The notes beneath the pieces are model-generated. The model ran no database searches, had not been told where the DNA came from, and worked only from the letters and a program-made list of their open reading frames with translations. From an uncultured Gammaproteobacteria bacterium (GTDB lineage Bacteria; Patescibacteriota; Patescibacteriia; UBA1558; GWA2-36-10), in assembly GCA_964633905.1 (NCBI GenBank), contig CAZWIT010000001.1, forward strand, positions 329 to 64,328: 64,000 nt of DNA, written 5' to 3'. This document shows positions 1-9,756 of the stretch, piece after piece. A program made the translations under genes and the position numbers. Within the stretch, counting starts at the first letter, position 1. Each line of letters begins with the position of its first letter.

Positions 1-63
1 AACCGGTTTGACCCAGTTAACATCTTAGCAGGATGCCCCTTTCAACCACTCAGGCACCTCTCC
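1..63 (-). tRNA. tRNA-Ser(GCU), 5' portion only. The window edge truncates the variable arm, T-arm and 3' end.
   Basis: Minus strand reads GGAGAGG-U-G-CCU-GAGUGGUUGAA-AGG-G-GCAUC-CUGCUAA-GAUGU-UAACUGGGUCAAACCGGUU. The 7-bp acceptor 5' strand, the 3-bp D-stem with a Ser-type D-loop, the anticodon loop CUGCUAA (anticodon GCU) and the start of a long variable arm are all present. The anticodon loop is identical to E. coli tRNA-Ser(GCU). Confidence 0.7.
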
Positions 64-250
64 GTGAAACTAAATTTTTAAATATTAATAAACTTATCTT
101 TTAATCGAAAATTTTAAATTGGCAATATTCGCCCCGTAAATGACCCCGAGCTTGCTGAGGGGGAATTGTCCGGAGCACCTCTGCTTTTTATAAAGTAAAA
201 ACTTTAATAATAACTATACTTTGTTTTATATTTTCTATTTTAACCTCTTT

Positions 251-280
251 CCGCCTATGGCGGGACCCCGCCATAGGCGG
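251..280. repeat. 14-bp perfect inverted repeat (ccgcctatggcggg / cccgccataggcgg) with a 2-nt spacer, lying 3' of comF
   Basis: Direct reading: arm1 251-264 and arm2 267-280 are exact reverse complements. There is no U-tract on either strand, so this is not a canonical intrinsic terminator. It could be a protein-binding palindrome or a hairpin. Confidence 0.6.
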
Positions 281-336
281 TGGCCAAGTAAAAATAAGTA
301 GCTATAGCATAATATATTTTTTGTTTTTTGGCAAGG

Positions 337-1002
337 TTAGTTTTTAGCTAAAACTAGGCAAATTATATTAGAAAAACCAGCATTTTGTAGGGTTTTGGCA
401 GCTTCATTTAAGGTGGCGCCAGTTGTAGCCACATCATCGATAATTATAATAGTTCTTTTTTTGCTAATATTAGCTAAATTAATTTTATTGTTTATCTTAA
501 AAGCATCAATAATATTATTAAGTCTTTCATTTTTTGCTAATTTTGCTTGTTTTTTAGTATTTTTTTGTCTAATTAATAAAGGATAGTATTCAAGCTTAAG
601 TTCTTTAGCTAAGCCCAGGGCCAGCAATTTAGTTTGATCAAAACCTCTTTGCTGCCTTCTTTTAAAATGTAAACTAGGATTAGTAATAATAGTATCAGAA
701 CTTAAGTTTAAATTTTGAGCCTGTTTAGCTAAAATTTTTATTAAATAAATATCTAGATTACGGAAATATTTATATTTAAAAGTTTTAATTAATTTTTGTG
801 TCAGAGGCAAACTATAGTCTAAACAAACATAGCATTTTTTAAATATAAAATCATTAATTGGCCAGGCTTCATGATCGCTGTTTTGTAAGGGGATAGAGTT
901 TAGGCATTTTGGACAAAGCAAATCTCCTTCTTGTTGGCAAGATAGACAAAATTTTGGCCAGATATAATCAAGCCAGTTATTTATTAATTTTTTCCAAGTC
1001 AT
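337..1002 (-). CDS. comFC: ComF family protein (competence protein ComFC-like phosphoribosyltransferase)
   Basis: N-terminal Cys4 zinc finger (CLSCQQ...CPKC) and C-terminal PRTase motif IIIIDDVATTGATL. The 221-aa length is typical of ComFC. Confidence 0.75.
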   Translation of the reverse strand: MTWKKLINNWLDYIWPKFCLSCQQEGDLLCPKCLNSIPLQNSDHEAWPINDFIFKKCYVCLDYSLPLTQKLIKTFKYKYFRNLDIYLIKILAKQAQNLNLSSDTIITNPSLHFKRRQQRGFDQTKLLALGLAKELKLEYYPLLIRQKNTKKQAKLAKNERLNNIIDAFKINNKINLANISKKRTIIIIDDVATTGATLNEAAKTLQNAGFSNIICLVLAKN

Positions 1003-1029
1003 AATCGCTTTTCTTAAGAGGTGATTAAA

Positions 1030-3504
1030 CTATTTGATAATTATTTTTTCTTTTTCCAAAGATAAATTAATATTTTTTTGTTTATTGCTTAGCAATTGTT
1101 TGGCAATCATGTTAGTAATAGTCTCATCAACTAAACGTTGTAAACTACGGGCGCCTTCTTTGCTGGCTTTAGCATTTTTAAGCAGATAATTAATAATAGT
1201 TTTATCAAATTTTAAATTGATATTTTGTTTAGCTAAGCTTTGTTGTAAATTTTCTAAATTTAGAGTAATTATTTTTTTGGCAGCTTGGATAGAAAGTGGT
1301 TCAAAGACAATAACATTATTTAAACGATTGATAAATTCAGGGGGGAAATAATTATTCAAAGAAGAGGTAATACGCTTGCTAGTTTTTTGCCAATCAGTAA
1401 TTGGTTTTTTTTCTTCTTCAGTAGTAAACCCAAGCTCTGCTTGTTGGTTAAAATCTTGTAAGCCAACATTTGAAGTCATGACGATAATGCAATTACGGAA
1501 ATTGACAGTACGTCCAGTAGCGTCAGTTAGTTCGCCTTCTTCTAAAATTGGTAAGAGCAAATTATAAACATCAGGATGAGCCTTTTCTACTTCATCAAGT
1601 AGTATTAGAGTATAAGGTTTGTTTTTGACAACATCAGTCAGCTTATTACCTTCACGATAGCCAACGTAACCAGCTGGGGCGCCGATTAGTTTTGAAATAT
1701 TAAAGCTTTCGGCAAATTCAGACATATCTATTCTTAGCATATTGTGAGTGCCACCAAAAACATATTGTGCTAAACGTTTGGCTGTTTCGGTTTTACCAAC
1801 ACCAGAAGGTCCTAGCAGTAGAAAAGAGGCTAGGGGCTTATTGCTAGCACCTAAGCCAGTTTTAGCTTGGCGAATAGTATTGGCAATAGTAGTCAAGGCT
1901 TTGGCTTGGCCAAAAATATGTTGGCTTAATTTTTTTTCTAAATTGAGTAATCGTTGATTGTCGTCGCTAGTTAGGTTAGTGCTGGGAATACCGGTCATTT
2001 CCGAAATAATACTTTGGATATTGCTGGCATTGATTTTGCCTAATTTAGCTTTTTGTTGTTTGTCTTCTTGGGCTTGTAGTTTTAGTAATTCTTCAATATG
2101 TTTGTCTTCTTGATCTTTATAATTTATAGCCGATAAATAATCTTCGGCAAGTATGGCTTGCTTTTTATTTTCTTGAGCATTGTTTATTTTATCTTCTTGC
2201 GCCTTAATTTGTTTAGCTAAACTATTTTTAGTATTTAAAACTTTAATTCTAGCAGCTGCTTCGTCAATTAAATCAATGGCTTTATCGGGCAATTTTTTAT
2301 CTGGTAAAAAGCGCTTACTTAAAACAACAGCTGCTTCTAAAGCATCGTCTTCAATGTTTACTTTATGAAATTTTTCGTAGTTTTTACGAATACCTTTTAA
2401 AATTTCTAAAGTTTCGGCTTCAGTTGATTCATTAATAATTATTGCTTGAAAACGCCTTTCAAGAGCGCGGTCGCTTTCAATATGTTTTTTGTATTCTTCA
2501 AAAGTAGTGGCGCCAATGCAACGCAGACTGCCTCTTGCTAAAGCAGGTTTTAAAATATTAGCCGCATCCAGTGATCCAGCGGTAGCGCCAGCGCCCATAA
2601 TAGTATGCAGTTCATCGATAAATAAGATAATGTTGGGATTATCTTTGATATCATTTATAATTTGTTTTAAGCGGCTTTCAAATTCACCCCTGTACATAGT
2701 GCCAGCTAAAAGGCTAGGGATGTCTAAATTTAATATTTTTTTATGTAATAAAACATCAGGCACTTGGTTTTCTAAAATACGTTTAGCTAGCCCCTCAATA
2801 ATAGCAGTTTTGCCAACGCCAGCATCACCCAAAAGAACGGGGTTATTTTTGGTGCGACGAGACAAAATTTCGATTAAACGATTAATTTCTTTTTCGCGAC
2901 CGATTACAGGATCAATATCAGCTTGGATTTTGGAGCTAGTTAAGTTAATAGTAAAATTATCCAAAGGGCTATTGTCGCCTAAATTTTCTTCAATCATATT
3001 TTCTAGTTCGTGAATTTTTTCATCACTGGCTAGATCATTAAATTTGGAAGTGCTTTTTAAAACTAAGCTTAAATGTTGGCGTAAATTTTTTAGATCAATA
3101 TTAGCAGCCGCAAAAGTAAGTTTTGTTTCTTCGTCTTCATTTTCAGATAATCCCCAAAGCAAATGCTCGGTGCCAACATATTTGTGTTGGAATTTATAAG
3201 CTGTTACCACGGCTTTTTCAATAATTACTTGCAAGGCTGGGGACGGTTGCGGTAAATCATTAGGATTAATATTTTCAGTTTGGTAATCAGTGCTAATGGT
3301 TTGGCTAATAAAATCTTTATTGATATTTTGTTTTACCAAAATATCAGAGCCTAGAGCTCCTTTGGTATTTATTAAAGAGGCGAGTAAATCAACTACTTCA
3401 ATTTGATTAGCCTTTTTAGCAAAGGCAATATTTTGGGCGTTGATTAAGACCTTTTTAAAATGATAAGTAAATTTATCTAAAATATTTTGTGACTGATCAA
3501 ACAT
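1030..3504 (-). CDS. clpC: AAA+ chaperone ClpC (ATP-dependent Clp protease ATP-binding subunit)
   Basis: Clp_N repeats at the N-terminus. Two Walker A motifs are present (GDAGVGKTAI and GPSGVGKTETAK). The middle domain is short, about 75 aa, which is ClpC-type and not the long ClpB M-domain. An LGF tripeptide loop for ClpP docking is present. Length is 824 aa. Confidence 0.85.
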   Translation of the reverse strand: MFDQSQNILDKFTYHFKKVLINAQNIAFAKKANQIEVVDLLASLINTKGALGSDILVKQNINKDFISQTISTDYQTENINPNDLPQPSPALQVIIEKAVVTAYKFQHKYVGTEHLLWGLSENEDEETKLTFAAANIDLKNLRQHLSLVLKSTSKFNDLASDEKIHELENMIEENLGDNSPLDNFTINLTSSKIQADIDPVIGREKEINRLIEILSRRTKNNPVLLGDAGVGKTAIIEGLAKRILENQVPDVLLHKKILNLDIPSLLAGTMYRGEFESRLKQIINDIKDNPNIILFIDELHTIMGAGATAGSLDAANILKPALARGSLRCIGATTFEEYKKHIESDRALERRFQAIIINESTEAETLEILKGIRKNYEKFHKVNIEDDALEAAVVLSKRFLPDKKLPDKAIDLIDEAAARIKVLNTKNSLAKQIKAQEDKINNAQENKKQAILAEDYLSAINYKDQEDKHIEELLKLQAQEDKQQKAKLGKINASNIQSIISEMTGIPSTNLTSDDNQRLLNLEKKLSQHIFGQAKALTTIANTIRQAKTGLGASNKPLASFLLLGPSGVGKTETAKRLAQYVFGGTHNMLRIDMSEFAESFNISKLIGAPAGYVGYREGNKLTDVVKNKPYTLILLDEVEKAHPDVYNLLLPILEEGELTDATGRTVNFRNCIIVMTSNVGLQDFNQQAELGFTTEEEKKPITDWQKTSKRITSSLNNYFPPEFINRLNNVIVFEPLSIQAAKKIITLNLENLQQSLAKQNINLKFDKTIINYLLKNAKASKEGARSLQRLVDETITNMIAKQLLSNKQKNINLSLEKEKIIIK

Positions 3505-3505
3505 A

Positions 3506-4372
3506 TTACATGCTTCTTAAAGCGTTAATTCTTTTTTCAATAGGGGGGTGAGTAGAAAATAGATTGTTAGCTCCTGCTTTGAATGGGTTAGAAATATAAA
3601 GATGAGCCGTAGCTTTATTAGCGTGTGCTAAGGGCTGATTTTGTTTACTAATTTTTTCTAAAGCTCGAGCTAAACCCTCTGGGTAGCGAGTTAAGAGAGC
3701 GCCCGAAGCATCAGCTAAAAATTCGCGTCGGCGGGAAATAGCTAGTTGGATTAATTTGGCGAATATCGGCGATAAAATAGCTAAAACAATACCAATAATA
3801 GCGATTAAGCCGTTGTTATTTCGATCAGAGCCGCGGCTACGAAATAGGGAACCGCGGATTAACCAATCGGCTAGTAGTGTAATAACACCTACGCAAACAA
3901 TGACTATCATCATTAAGCGGATATCATAATTTTTAATATGAGAGAGTTCGTGGGCAATGACACCTTCTAGTTCTTCATTTTCAAGAGCACTTATAATACC
4001 AGTGGTAAGGGCGATGGAGGCGTGTTTAGGATCTCGGCCAGTAGCAAAGGCATTCATGCTGCTATCATTGATAATATAAACTTTGGGCATAGTAATGCCA
4101 CTGCTAATACTTAAGTTTTCAACTAAACGCCAAACATAAGGATTATCTTCTTTTTTTATTTCTTGAGCGCCAGCTGTGCTTAAGGCGATTTTATCGCCAG
4201 CAAACCAGCTTACTAAATTCAAAGTAGTAGCCAAAATAATAGCCAGAATTACTGGAGTATAACTATCATTACTGTAGTATCCCCAAGCCCAAGCTAGAGC
4301 GACAATAACTAGGGCAAAAATAAACATTAAGAGCCAACTTTTGCGTTTATTACTATCAATTTGATTATACAT
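3506..4372 (-). CDS. htpX: Zinc metalloprotease HtpX (M48 family)
   Basis: HELSHI HExxH motif, N-terminal transmembrane helices, 288 aa, adjacent to lemA, which is a common pairing. Confidence 0.85.
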   Translation of the reverse strand: MYNQIDSNKRKSWLLMFIFALVIVALAWAWGYYSNDSYTPVILAIILATTLNLVSWFAGDKIALSTAGAQEIKKEDNPYVWRLVENLSISSGITMPKVYIINDSSMNAFATGRDPKHASIALTTGIISALENEELEGVIAHELSHIKNYDIRLMMIVIVCVGVITLLADWLIRGSLFRSRGSDRNNNGLIAIIGIVLAILSPIFAKLIQLAISRRREFLADASGALLTRYPEGLARALEKISKQNQPLAHANKATAHLYISNPFKAGANNLFSTHPPIEKRINALRSM

Positions 4373-4440
4373 GTTTAGAATTTTATTTTGTTAACTTATT
4401 TATAAAACTATAATATTATAAAGGCTTTTTGTCAATAATT

Positions 4441-4484
4441 AAAAAATAACCTTCGAGGTCGCGTGACCTCGAAGGTTATTTTGT
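4441..4484. terminator. Bidirectional intrinsic terminator between lemA and htpX
   Basis: Perfect 13-bp stem aaccttcgaggtc-gcgt-gacctcgaaggtt, flanked by an A-run on one side and a T-run on the other. Confidence 0.6.
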
Positions 4485-4492
4485 TGTCCATT

Positions 4493-5047
4493 TTAAAATT
4501 GTACTTTAACGTTTTCTTTTTCTTCTCCCTTGGCTTCAAAATATTCATAAGCAGTAAATTTCAACATGCTAGCAATCAGGTTAGTGGGGAAGACTTGAAT
4601 TTTAGTATTAAAGTCTCTAACTTGACCATTGTAGAAACGACGAGAGGCTTGGATTTTATTTTCGGTGTCAGAAATTTCATCCTGTAATTGTAAAAAGTTT
4701 TGGGAAGCTTTGAGTTCGGGGTAACCTTCAGCAACAGCAAATAAACTTTTTAAAGTACCAGATAAAGCATTTTCAGCTTCAGCTTTGCTTTGAGCACCAG
4801 TGGCTTGCATGGCTTGACTACGAGCTTGAGTAACTTTGGTAAAAACACTGTCTTCGTGTTTCATATAACCACGAACAGTTTCGACTAAGTTAGGGATCAA
4901 ATCATAACGTCTTTTGAGTTGGACATCAATGTCTGACCAGGCTTCTTGCACTCTATTTTTGAGGCGGATTAAAGAATTGTAAACACCGGCTAGCCAAAGT
5001 AGCAATAATATGACTATGACTAGGACGATTATTAATGCAGTAGGCAT
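4493..5047 (-). CDS. lemA: LemA family membrane protein
   Basis: N-terminal TM helix followed by the characteristic LemA sequence ([36 protein letters not shown]). Confidence 0.85.
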   Translation of the reverse strand: MPTALIIVLVIVILLLLWLAGVYNSLIRLKNRVQEAWSDIDVQLKRRYDLIPNLVETVRGYMKHEDSVFTKVTQARSQAMQATGAQSKAEAENALSGTLKSLFAVAEGYPELKASQNFLQLQDEISDTENKIQASRRFYNGQVRDFNTKIQVFPTNLIASMLKFTAYEYFEAKGEEKENVKVQF

Positions 5048-5232
5048 AATTTTGTCTATTATTTGATTAATTTATAACCATTTAATTTTACTAGATATTA
5101 ACATATTTAGCAAATATAGCCTATTTTTTTTATTTATCCACAAGCCTAGTATTAAAGCGGCAAAATATGTTATAATTAGGTCTAGAAAATAGAATATAAA
5201 TAAATAAATTTCATTATTTTAAATAAAAAAAT

Positions 5233-6189
5233 ATGAAGACTTATAAACCAAACCTGATTTTGTCTCTTTTGGTATTAATTGTTTCTTTTTTAAGCATTTT
5301 GGTAATTAATAAACAAGTATTTGCAGTTTGGTATTATCCTCAGGATACACCACCAAATACTAGTATTAATAATAATTTTGTTTTTAATCCAGCTACCGAA
5401 AATTTTAATCTAGGTACTTATAGTTTGTGTTTAGGCGGTGTTTGTAAAGATGCTTGGCCAGCTGGTGGAGGCGGGGGTAGCGATGCTAATTGGTCTATTA
5501 ATACCGCTAGTAGTAATGATTTGTATTATACTACTAGTAGCCCAGCTAGTGGTGAAGTAGGCATTGGTACTAGTACGCCTAATAGTTTGTTGCATTTATA
5601 TAAAATTAGTGGCAATAACGCCGAACTTGATATTCAAAGCGCTGCTGGTGTTAATAATCATTGGGGTATTTATCAAGATCGCTCAAGTAAAGATTTACGA
5701 TTTTGGCAGGGCAGTAATCGAGTTACTTTTGCTGATAGTGGCGAAGTTAGTATTGGTGCGGATCCAGTAGTTGGTGTGCCCTTGTATGTAAATAGTAGTT
5801 CGGCATCTGTATCAATTTTTGCTAATAATACTTATCTAGGCATAGGCGGTGGTACTGGCTTTATGGGCATAGGTACTGGTACAGGTATATTAGGATCAGC
5901 TCCTATTTATGGTGTTCAAGGTATATCTTCGTCTGCTACTGTTGCTACTGGGGCTGGTATATATGGTCAAAATTTTGCTGGTGGTTTAGCGGCTAAATTT
6001 GATGGACCTATTGCTTTAAATGGTAATACTACAGTAGCAAGTGGTAGTTATTTGCAAATTTCAAGTGGCAAATTAGCCCCAGTAGCTGGTGCTTGTACTG
6101 CCAGTGATAGCGGTAGATTATATCTTGCTACTGATGTGCCTACTTTATATTTTTGTAGTAAAGGTACTTGGCTAGGCCTTGTTCCATAA
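5233..6189 (+). CDS. Secreted glycine-rich, fibre-like protein (signal peptide, Gly/Thr/Ser-rich repeats)
   Basis: N-terminal signal/anchor MKTYKPNLILSLLVLIVSFLSILVI...FA. Long runs of GxG/TGxG and no catalytic motifs. A single C-terminal Cys pair is present. It sits immediately upstream of the giant Cys-rich protein and the pilus operon. Confidence 0.6.
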   Translation: MKTYKPNLILSLLVLIVSFLSILVINKQVFAVWYYPQDTPPNTSINNNFVFNPATENFNLGTYSLCLGGVCKDAWPAGGGGGSDANWSINTASSNDLYYTTSSPASGEVGIGTSTPNSLLHLYKISGNNAELDIQSAAGVNNHWGIYQDRSSKDLRFWQGSNRVTFADSGEVSIGADPVVGVPLYVNSSSASVSIFANNTYLGIGGGTGFMGIGTGTGILGSAPIYGVQGISSSATVATGAGIYGQNFAGGLAAKFDGPIALNGNTTVASGSYLQISSGKLAPVAGACTASDSGRLYLATDVPTLYFCSKGTWLGLVP

Positions 6190-6212
6190 AGTATTTTTTA
6201 TTTTAAAGATCA

Positions 6213-9200
6213 ATGAAATATATTTCCCATTATCATTTTTTCAGTAGGCTAATAATTAGCCTAATGATTTTTGTTTTGGGATTTTTTATGTTGCAAAAAT
6301 CAGTCTCAACTACCGCTCAAGTATCGCCAGCTGACAGTATCGATCTTACTGGTTGGGCTTGGAATGAAAAAGTAGGCTGGATTAGTTTAAACTGTAACAA
6401 TGATTTTGATGGCGATGGAGATTTAGATAATCAATGTGCTTCGGGTAATTATGGTTTAGAAGTAGTCAATATTGACCTAAATGGTGTTACGACACCTTAT
6501 ATTCAAGGTTGTGCTTGGGCAGGCAATCCTTTAACTAATAGTAAACAATGTAGCGATACTGGCTTGCCTTGTGTAAATGATGCGGCTTGTTCTCCTTCGG
6601 GCACTTGCGAAGCAGTAACCTTGGGTTGGTTATGTTTTTCTGATCCAGGCGGCACTAATGCCCCTGTTAATGGCGTGCCTATTATACAATCAGATTTTTC
6701 TACTCAATTTTGGCAATGTCAGCCAGAAATGGGTTATTGTAATAATGATATTAATCAGTCCTGTAATATTTTCGGGGCCTGTGGCGCTAATAATTGGTGT
6801 GTCCAGCCACTATTTCAGGGTGTTTGTTATAATTATGATGATGCCTATGCTAGCTTGTATCCGCCTAGTATAGCAGGGCTCTCTAAAGAGCAATTAGTTA
6901 ATAATTATGATCCAACTGGGCCTCAACCAGAAGGTTGGCGTTACTGTTATGTTGATTCTAATTGCGCTAATGTTGCTGATGGCGAGGAATGCGTTTATCC
7001 TCAGGTTAATGGCAGAGGTGATTGCGCGGTTGAGCTTGGCGGTGTTGTTTCCTACTCTGGTCAGAACTGTACGTTTGATGATGACTGTATAGATTTTAGT
7101 ATTCCAGGTATAGAATTTTGTGAAATTCAACCAGCAACAGATTTTATTAACCAGTCAGATTGTACAGCCTTGCCTCACACTTGTGATAACGGTTATTATT
7201 GTGCTGCGCAAGCTCCTGTAGATTATATTGCTTATCCTTATGCTCTTGATTATATTAATTTAAATAATAGTGCTAGTTTTTTGAAAATAGATAATGCTTG
7301 GCCAGGTGAGAATTTAGTAAGTTTTCCCATTGATATTAAATTACAGAATAATGTTTTACCATTAAACGATTTTTATGATCCAGATAACCCAGACGCAGAT
7401 GTTAGTTGGTCGGCTGCAAATCCAATTAATGGTTGTTTTAATTGTTATGTTGAAGAAACTAAAAGATGTACGCCTAATTTAAACGCAGTTTGTAATGATA
7501 ATAGCGATTGCCTTGGCGTTTGTAATACAATTACTAATAAATGTAATAATAATCCAAATAAATCATGTACAGTAGCAACTCAAGATGTTGATTGCCAAGA
7601 ACAATGTGTGGTAACTCAAACTAAAAATAAATGTGATAATTGCTTAGAATATTTTTATTATAAAGATGAAACAGTAAAGCGTTGTAATAATGATGATCAG
7701 TTTTCAGCATGTGATACAGATAGTGATTGCTACACTGATGATACTTGTGATGGCTCAACTGGTTATTGTTTTTACCAACCAAATATTGCTTGTAGTGTAG
7801 ATCGTGATTGTCAAGGTTTTTGCGTTGAATATCAAACTAATTGGCGTTGTTCGGATTACAATTATTTTTATTGTCGTGACGGTAATGCCGAGGATTGTGT
7901 AACTCCTGATATTTGTAATTTGCCTACTTGTCGTTCAGATGCTAGCAATATTTGTTCTTATGATGGTGTGGCTGGCGGTTGTGTAAATGGTGATCGTTGC
8001 AGCGTTGATCGTAAATGCGATGGTAATTATTTATTGCCACATTGTTCAACTGATTTAGACTGTTTAAACACTTGTTCAAGTGAAACAAATAAATGTACTA
8101 TGAGCGGCAATGACTGCGTTGATAATGCTGATTGTCAAAATGTCTGCTTAGTAGGTACTACTGATAAATGTTCTATCACTAATAATGACTGTACTTCTGA
8201 TGCAGATTGTGCCAGTGCTGATTTATCTTGCCCAGGCGTTCCTGGTTATTGTTATAATAACACTTCTTGTAATGATGACGCAGACTGTGCCTCTGATTAT
8301 TATTGTCCAACACCTCATTGTTCCAATAATCCAGCTCAAGTTTGCGCTACAAATTATGATTGTTTAGCATCTTCTAGCGATTATGGTACTTGTCAGGAAA
8401 AAACAGTTGGTGCTTTAGAAAAAGTGTTAGCTGGCTATAATTGTTCAGACTGCAATATTCAAAATTTAGAAAACAGTTGTACGCTTAATGCTTATAATAA
8501 AAATATAAATAATTGTGGCACTTGTGAATATTTTTTCAAAACTCCGGGAGTGATTTTAGATAATCATCATAATCGTTTAAATGCTGCTAGTGGCGAAACA
8601 GCAAATTTATGTGGTTGGGGATGGAGTTTTAGTGATGATCAACAGCTAGGTGGTTTAGGCTGGATTAATTTTTCACCAGCTATCACCACGAGTTCTAATC
8701 CTTATTTTTCCGTAGAGCAGGGTAATATTTATGGACAAAAAAATATTTTAAGTCGTTATAATCCACCTTTTCGTAAGTACAACGCCTCTTATCTGATTGA
8801 GTCAGGTGGCAGTATCAATAATTTAGTTAGTTCTAGTACAATTTCAGAAATTTTCCAGGGTGAGCTTGCTTATCGTCCTAATTTAGATTTTTTACGAGAT
8901 AGTGCTAATAGTGGTAAATATAAAAATGTTTTAGGTACCTTGGATTATATGGGCTTAATTACTCCCGCCCAAGCCAATGGTGATCCCATTAATAAATGGG
9001 GCGGCGAAATAGTTGATGTAGCAAATGGTGCGGACCTAGTTAGTAAGGTCAATAATGATGCTATGGCTAATAAAGTTTTTTATGTTAAGGCAGCATCTTT
9101 GCCAGGTGGTACTTTAGATATTGATAGTGAAATAATTTTTAAAATTGGTCAAAATAAAGATAGTGGCGCTGGTATTATAATTATTGAGGGTAATTTGGCT

Positions 9201-9620
9201 ATTAATAAAAATATCACTTATCAGTCTAGCGGTGGGGCAGCTCCTGTTATTCGATATTTAAAAAATATTCCCTCAGCAGTTTGGATAGTCAAAGGCGATG
9301 TAGCCTTGGATCCTAGTGTGACAGATTTAGCTGGCACTTTTGTAGTTTTAGGAGATGGTAATAGTTGTTCTCTTCCGCAAGCTGGTTGTGGTCAATTCAA
9401 GACTGGCAGTGTAATGAGTAGCGCTGATTTGCAATTAAAAGTATCAGGTAGTGTTTTGGCTAAGCGTTTTTATTTAGATCGTTTATTTGTAGATACAAAT
9501 CCAAATAGCCCAACTTATCGAGAGCCAGCAGAAAAATTTAGCAATGATGGTCGTTTGCAGGCTAATCCACCCTTAGGTTTGTCAGATTTTAGTAAAGCTA
9601 TACCTAGGTTTAGTAATTAA
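6213..9620 (+). CDS. Giant secreted cysteine-rich repeat protein, 1135 aa; candidate surface adhesin
   Basis: N-terminal signal/TM segment, then roughly 700 aa of degenerate Cys-rich modules (CxxDxDC...C spacing, over 100 Cys in total) and a roughly 400-aa Cys-poor C-terminal domain. GW-containing segments bracket the protein: TGWAWNEKVGWISLNC near the N-terminus and CGWGWSFSDDQQLGGLGWINFSP later. Confidence 0.7.
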   Translation: MKYISHYHFFSRLIISLMIFVLGFFMLQKSVSTTAQVSPADSIDLTGWAWNEKVGWISLNCNNDFDGDGDLDNQCASGNYGLEVVNIDLNGVTTPYIQGCAWAGNPLTNSKQCSDTGLPCVNDAACSPSGTCEAVTLGWLCFSDPGGTNAPVNGVPIIQSDFSTQFWQCQPEMGYCNNDINQSCNIFGACGANNWCVQPLFQGVCYNYDDAYASLYPPSIAGLSKEQLVNNYDPTGPQPEGWRYCYVDSNCANVADGEECVYPQVNGRGDCAVELGGVVSYSGQNCTFDDDCIDFSIPGIEFCEIQPATDFINQSDCTALPHTCDNGYYCAAQAPVDYIAYPYALDYINLNNSASFLKIDNAWPGENLVSFPIDIKLQNNVLPLNDFYDPDNPDADVSWSAANPINGCFNCYVEETKRCTPNLNAVCNDNSDCLGVCNTITNKCNNNPNKSCTVATQDVDCQEQCVVTQTKNKCDNCLEYFYYKDETVKRCNNDDQFSACDTDSDCYTDDTCDGSTGYCFYQPNIACSVDRDCQGFCVEYQTNWRCSDYNYFYCRDGNAEDCVTPDICNLPTCRSDASNICSYDGVAGGCVNGDRCSVDRKCDGNYLLPHCSTDLDCLNTCSSETNKCTMSGNDCVDNADCQNVCLVGTTDKCSITNNDCTSDADCASADLSCPGVPGYCYNNTSCNDDADCASDYYCPTPHCSNNPAQVCATNYDCLASSSDYGTCQEKTVGALEKVLAGYNCSDCNIQNLENSCTLNAYNKNINNCGTCEYFFKTPGVILDNHHNRLNAASGETANLCGWGWSFSDDQQLGGLGWINFSPAITTSSNPYFSVEQGNIYGQKNILSRYNPPFRKYNASYLIESGGSINNLVSSSTISEIFQGELAYRPNLDFLRDSANSGKYKNVLGTLDYMGLITPAQANGDPINKWGGEIVDVANGADLVSKVNNDAMANKVFYVKAASLPGGTLDIDSEIIFKIGQNKDSGAGIIIIEGNLAINKNITYQSSGGAAPVIRYLKNIPSAVWIVKGDVALDPSVTDLAGTFVVLGDGNSCSLPQAGCGQFKTGSVMSSADLQLKVSGSVLAKRFYLDRLFVDTNPNSPTYREPAEKFSNDGRLQANPPLGLSDFSKAIPRFSN

Positions 9621-9625
9621 TTTGG

Positions 9626-9655
9626 CTTGTAAGTGATAAATATGTTATAATTTAC
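9626..9655 (+). promoter_or_regulatory. Candidate sigma70-type promoter for the pilus operon (TTGTAA ... TGTTATAAT extended -10)
   Basis: Sequence ttgtaagtgataaatatgttataat in the intergenic region upstream of pilM. The spacer is short, so confidence is low. Confidence 0.3.
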
Positions 9656-9756
9656 CCAGTGAAATACCGCCACCAGTAATGTTATTTATATAATAAGCTA
9701 TCTCAATTTAGTATTAAAATATTGAGTATTAATTTAATAAAAATATTAATTAGCGG

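Noticed and set aside
121-184. GC-rich block with GUCCGGAGC-like sequence that superficially resembles the RNase P P4 helix or SRP RNA domain IV
   Set aside because: Neither strand could be extended into the flanking conserved helices of RNase P RNA or 4.5S/SRP RNA. The neighbouring sequence is AT-rich and unstructured. It is kept only as a possible small-RNA or regulatory segment in a finding, and is not annotated as a gene.
1376-3013. Multiple 60-170 aa plus-strand ORFs nested inside clpC, and similar antisense ORFs inside pilM, pilB, gatA, guaB and dnaE
   Set aside because: They lie entirely antisense within well-supported long genes, lack ribosome-binding sites and have low-complexity composition. 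They are treated as frame artefacts.
5233-9620. Possible diversity-generating retroelement target, since Cys-rich or lectin-like surface proteins near pili are frequent DGR targets in CPR genomes
   Set aside because: No reverse transcriptase gene is present. No template/variable repeat pair with adenine-specific mismatches could be found anywhere in the window.
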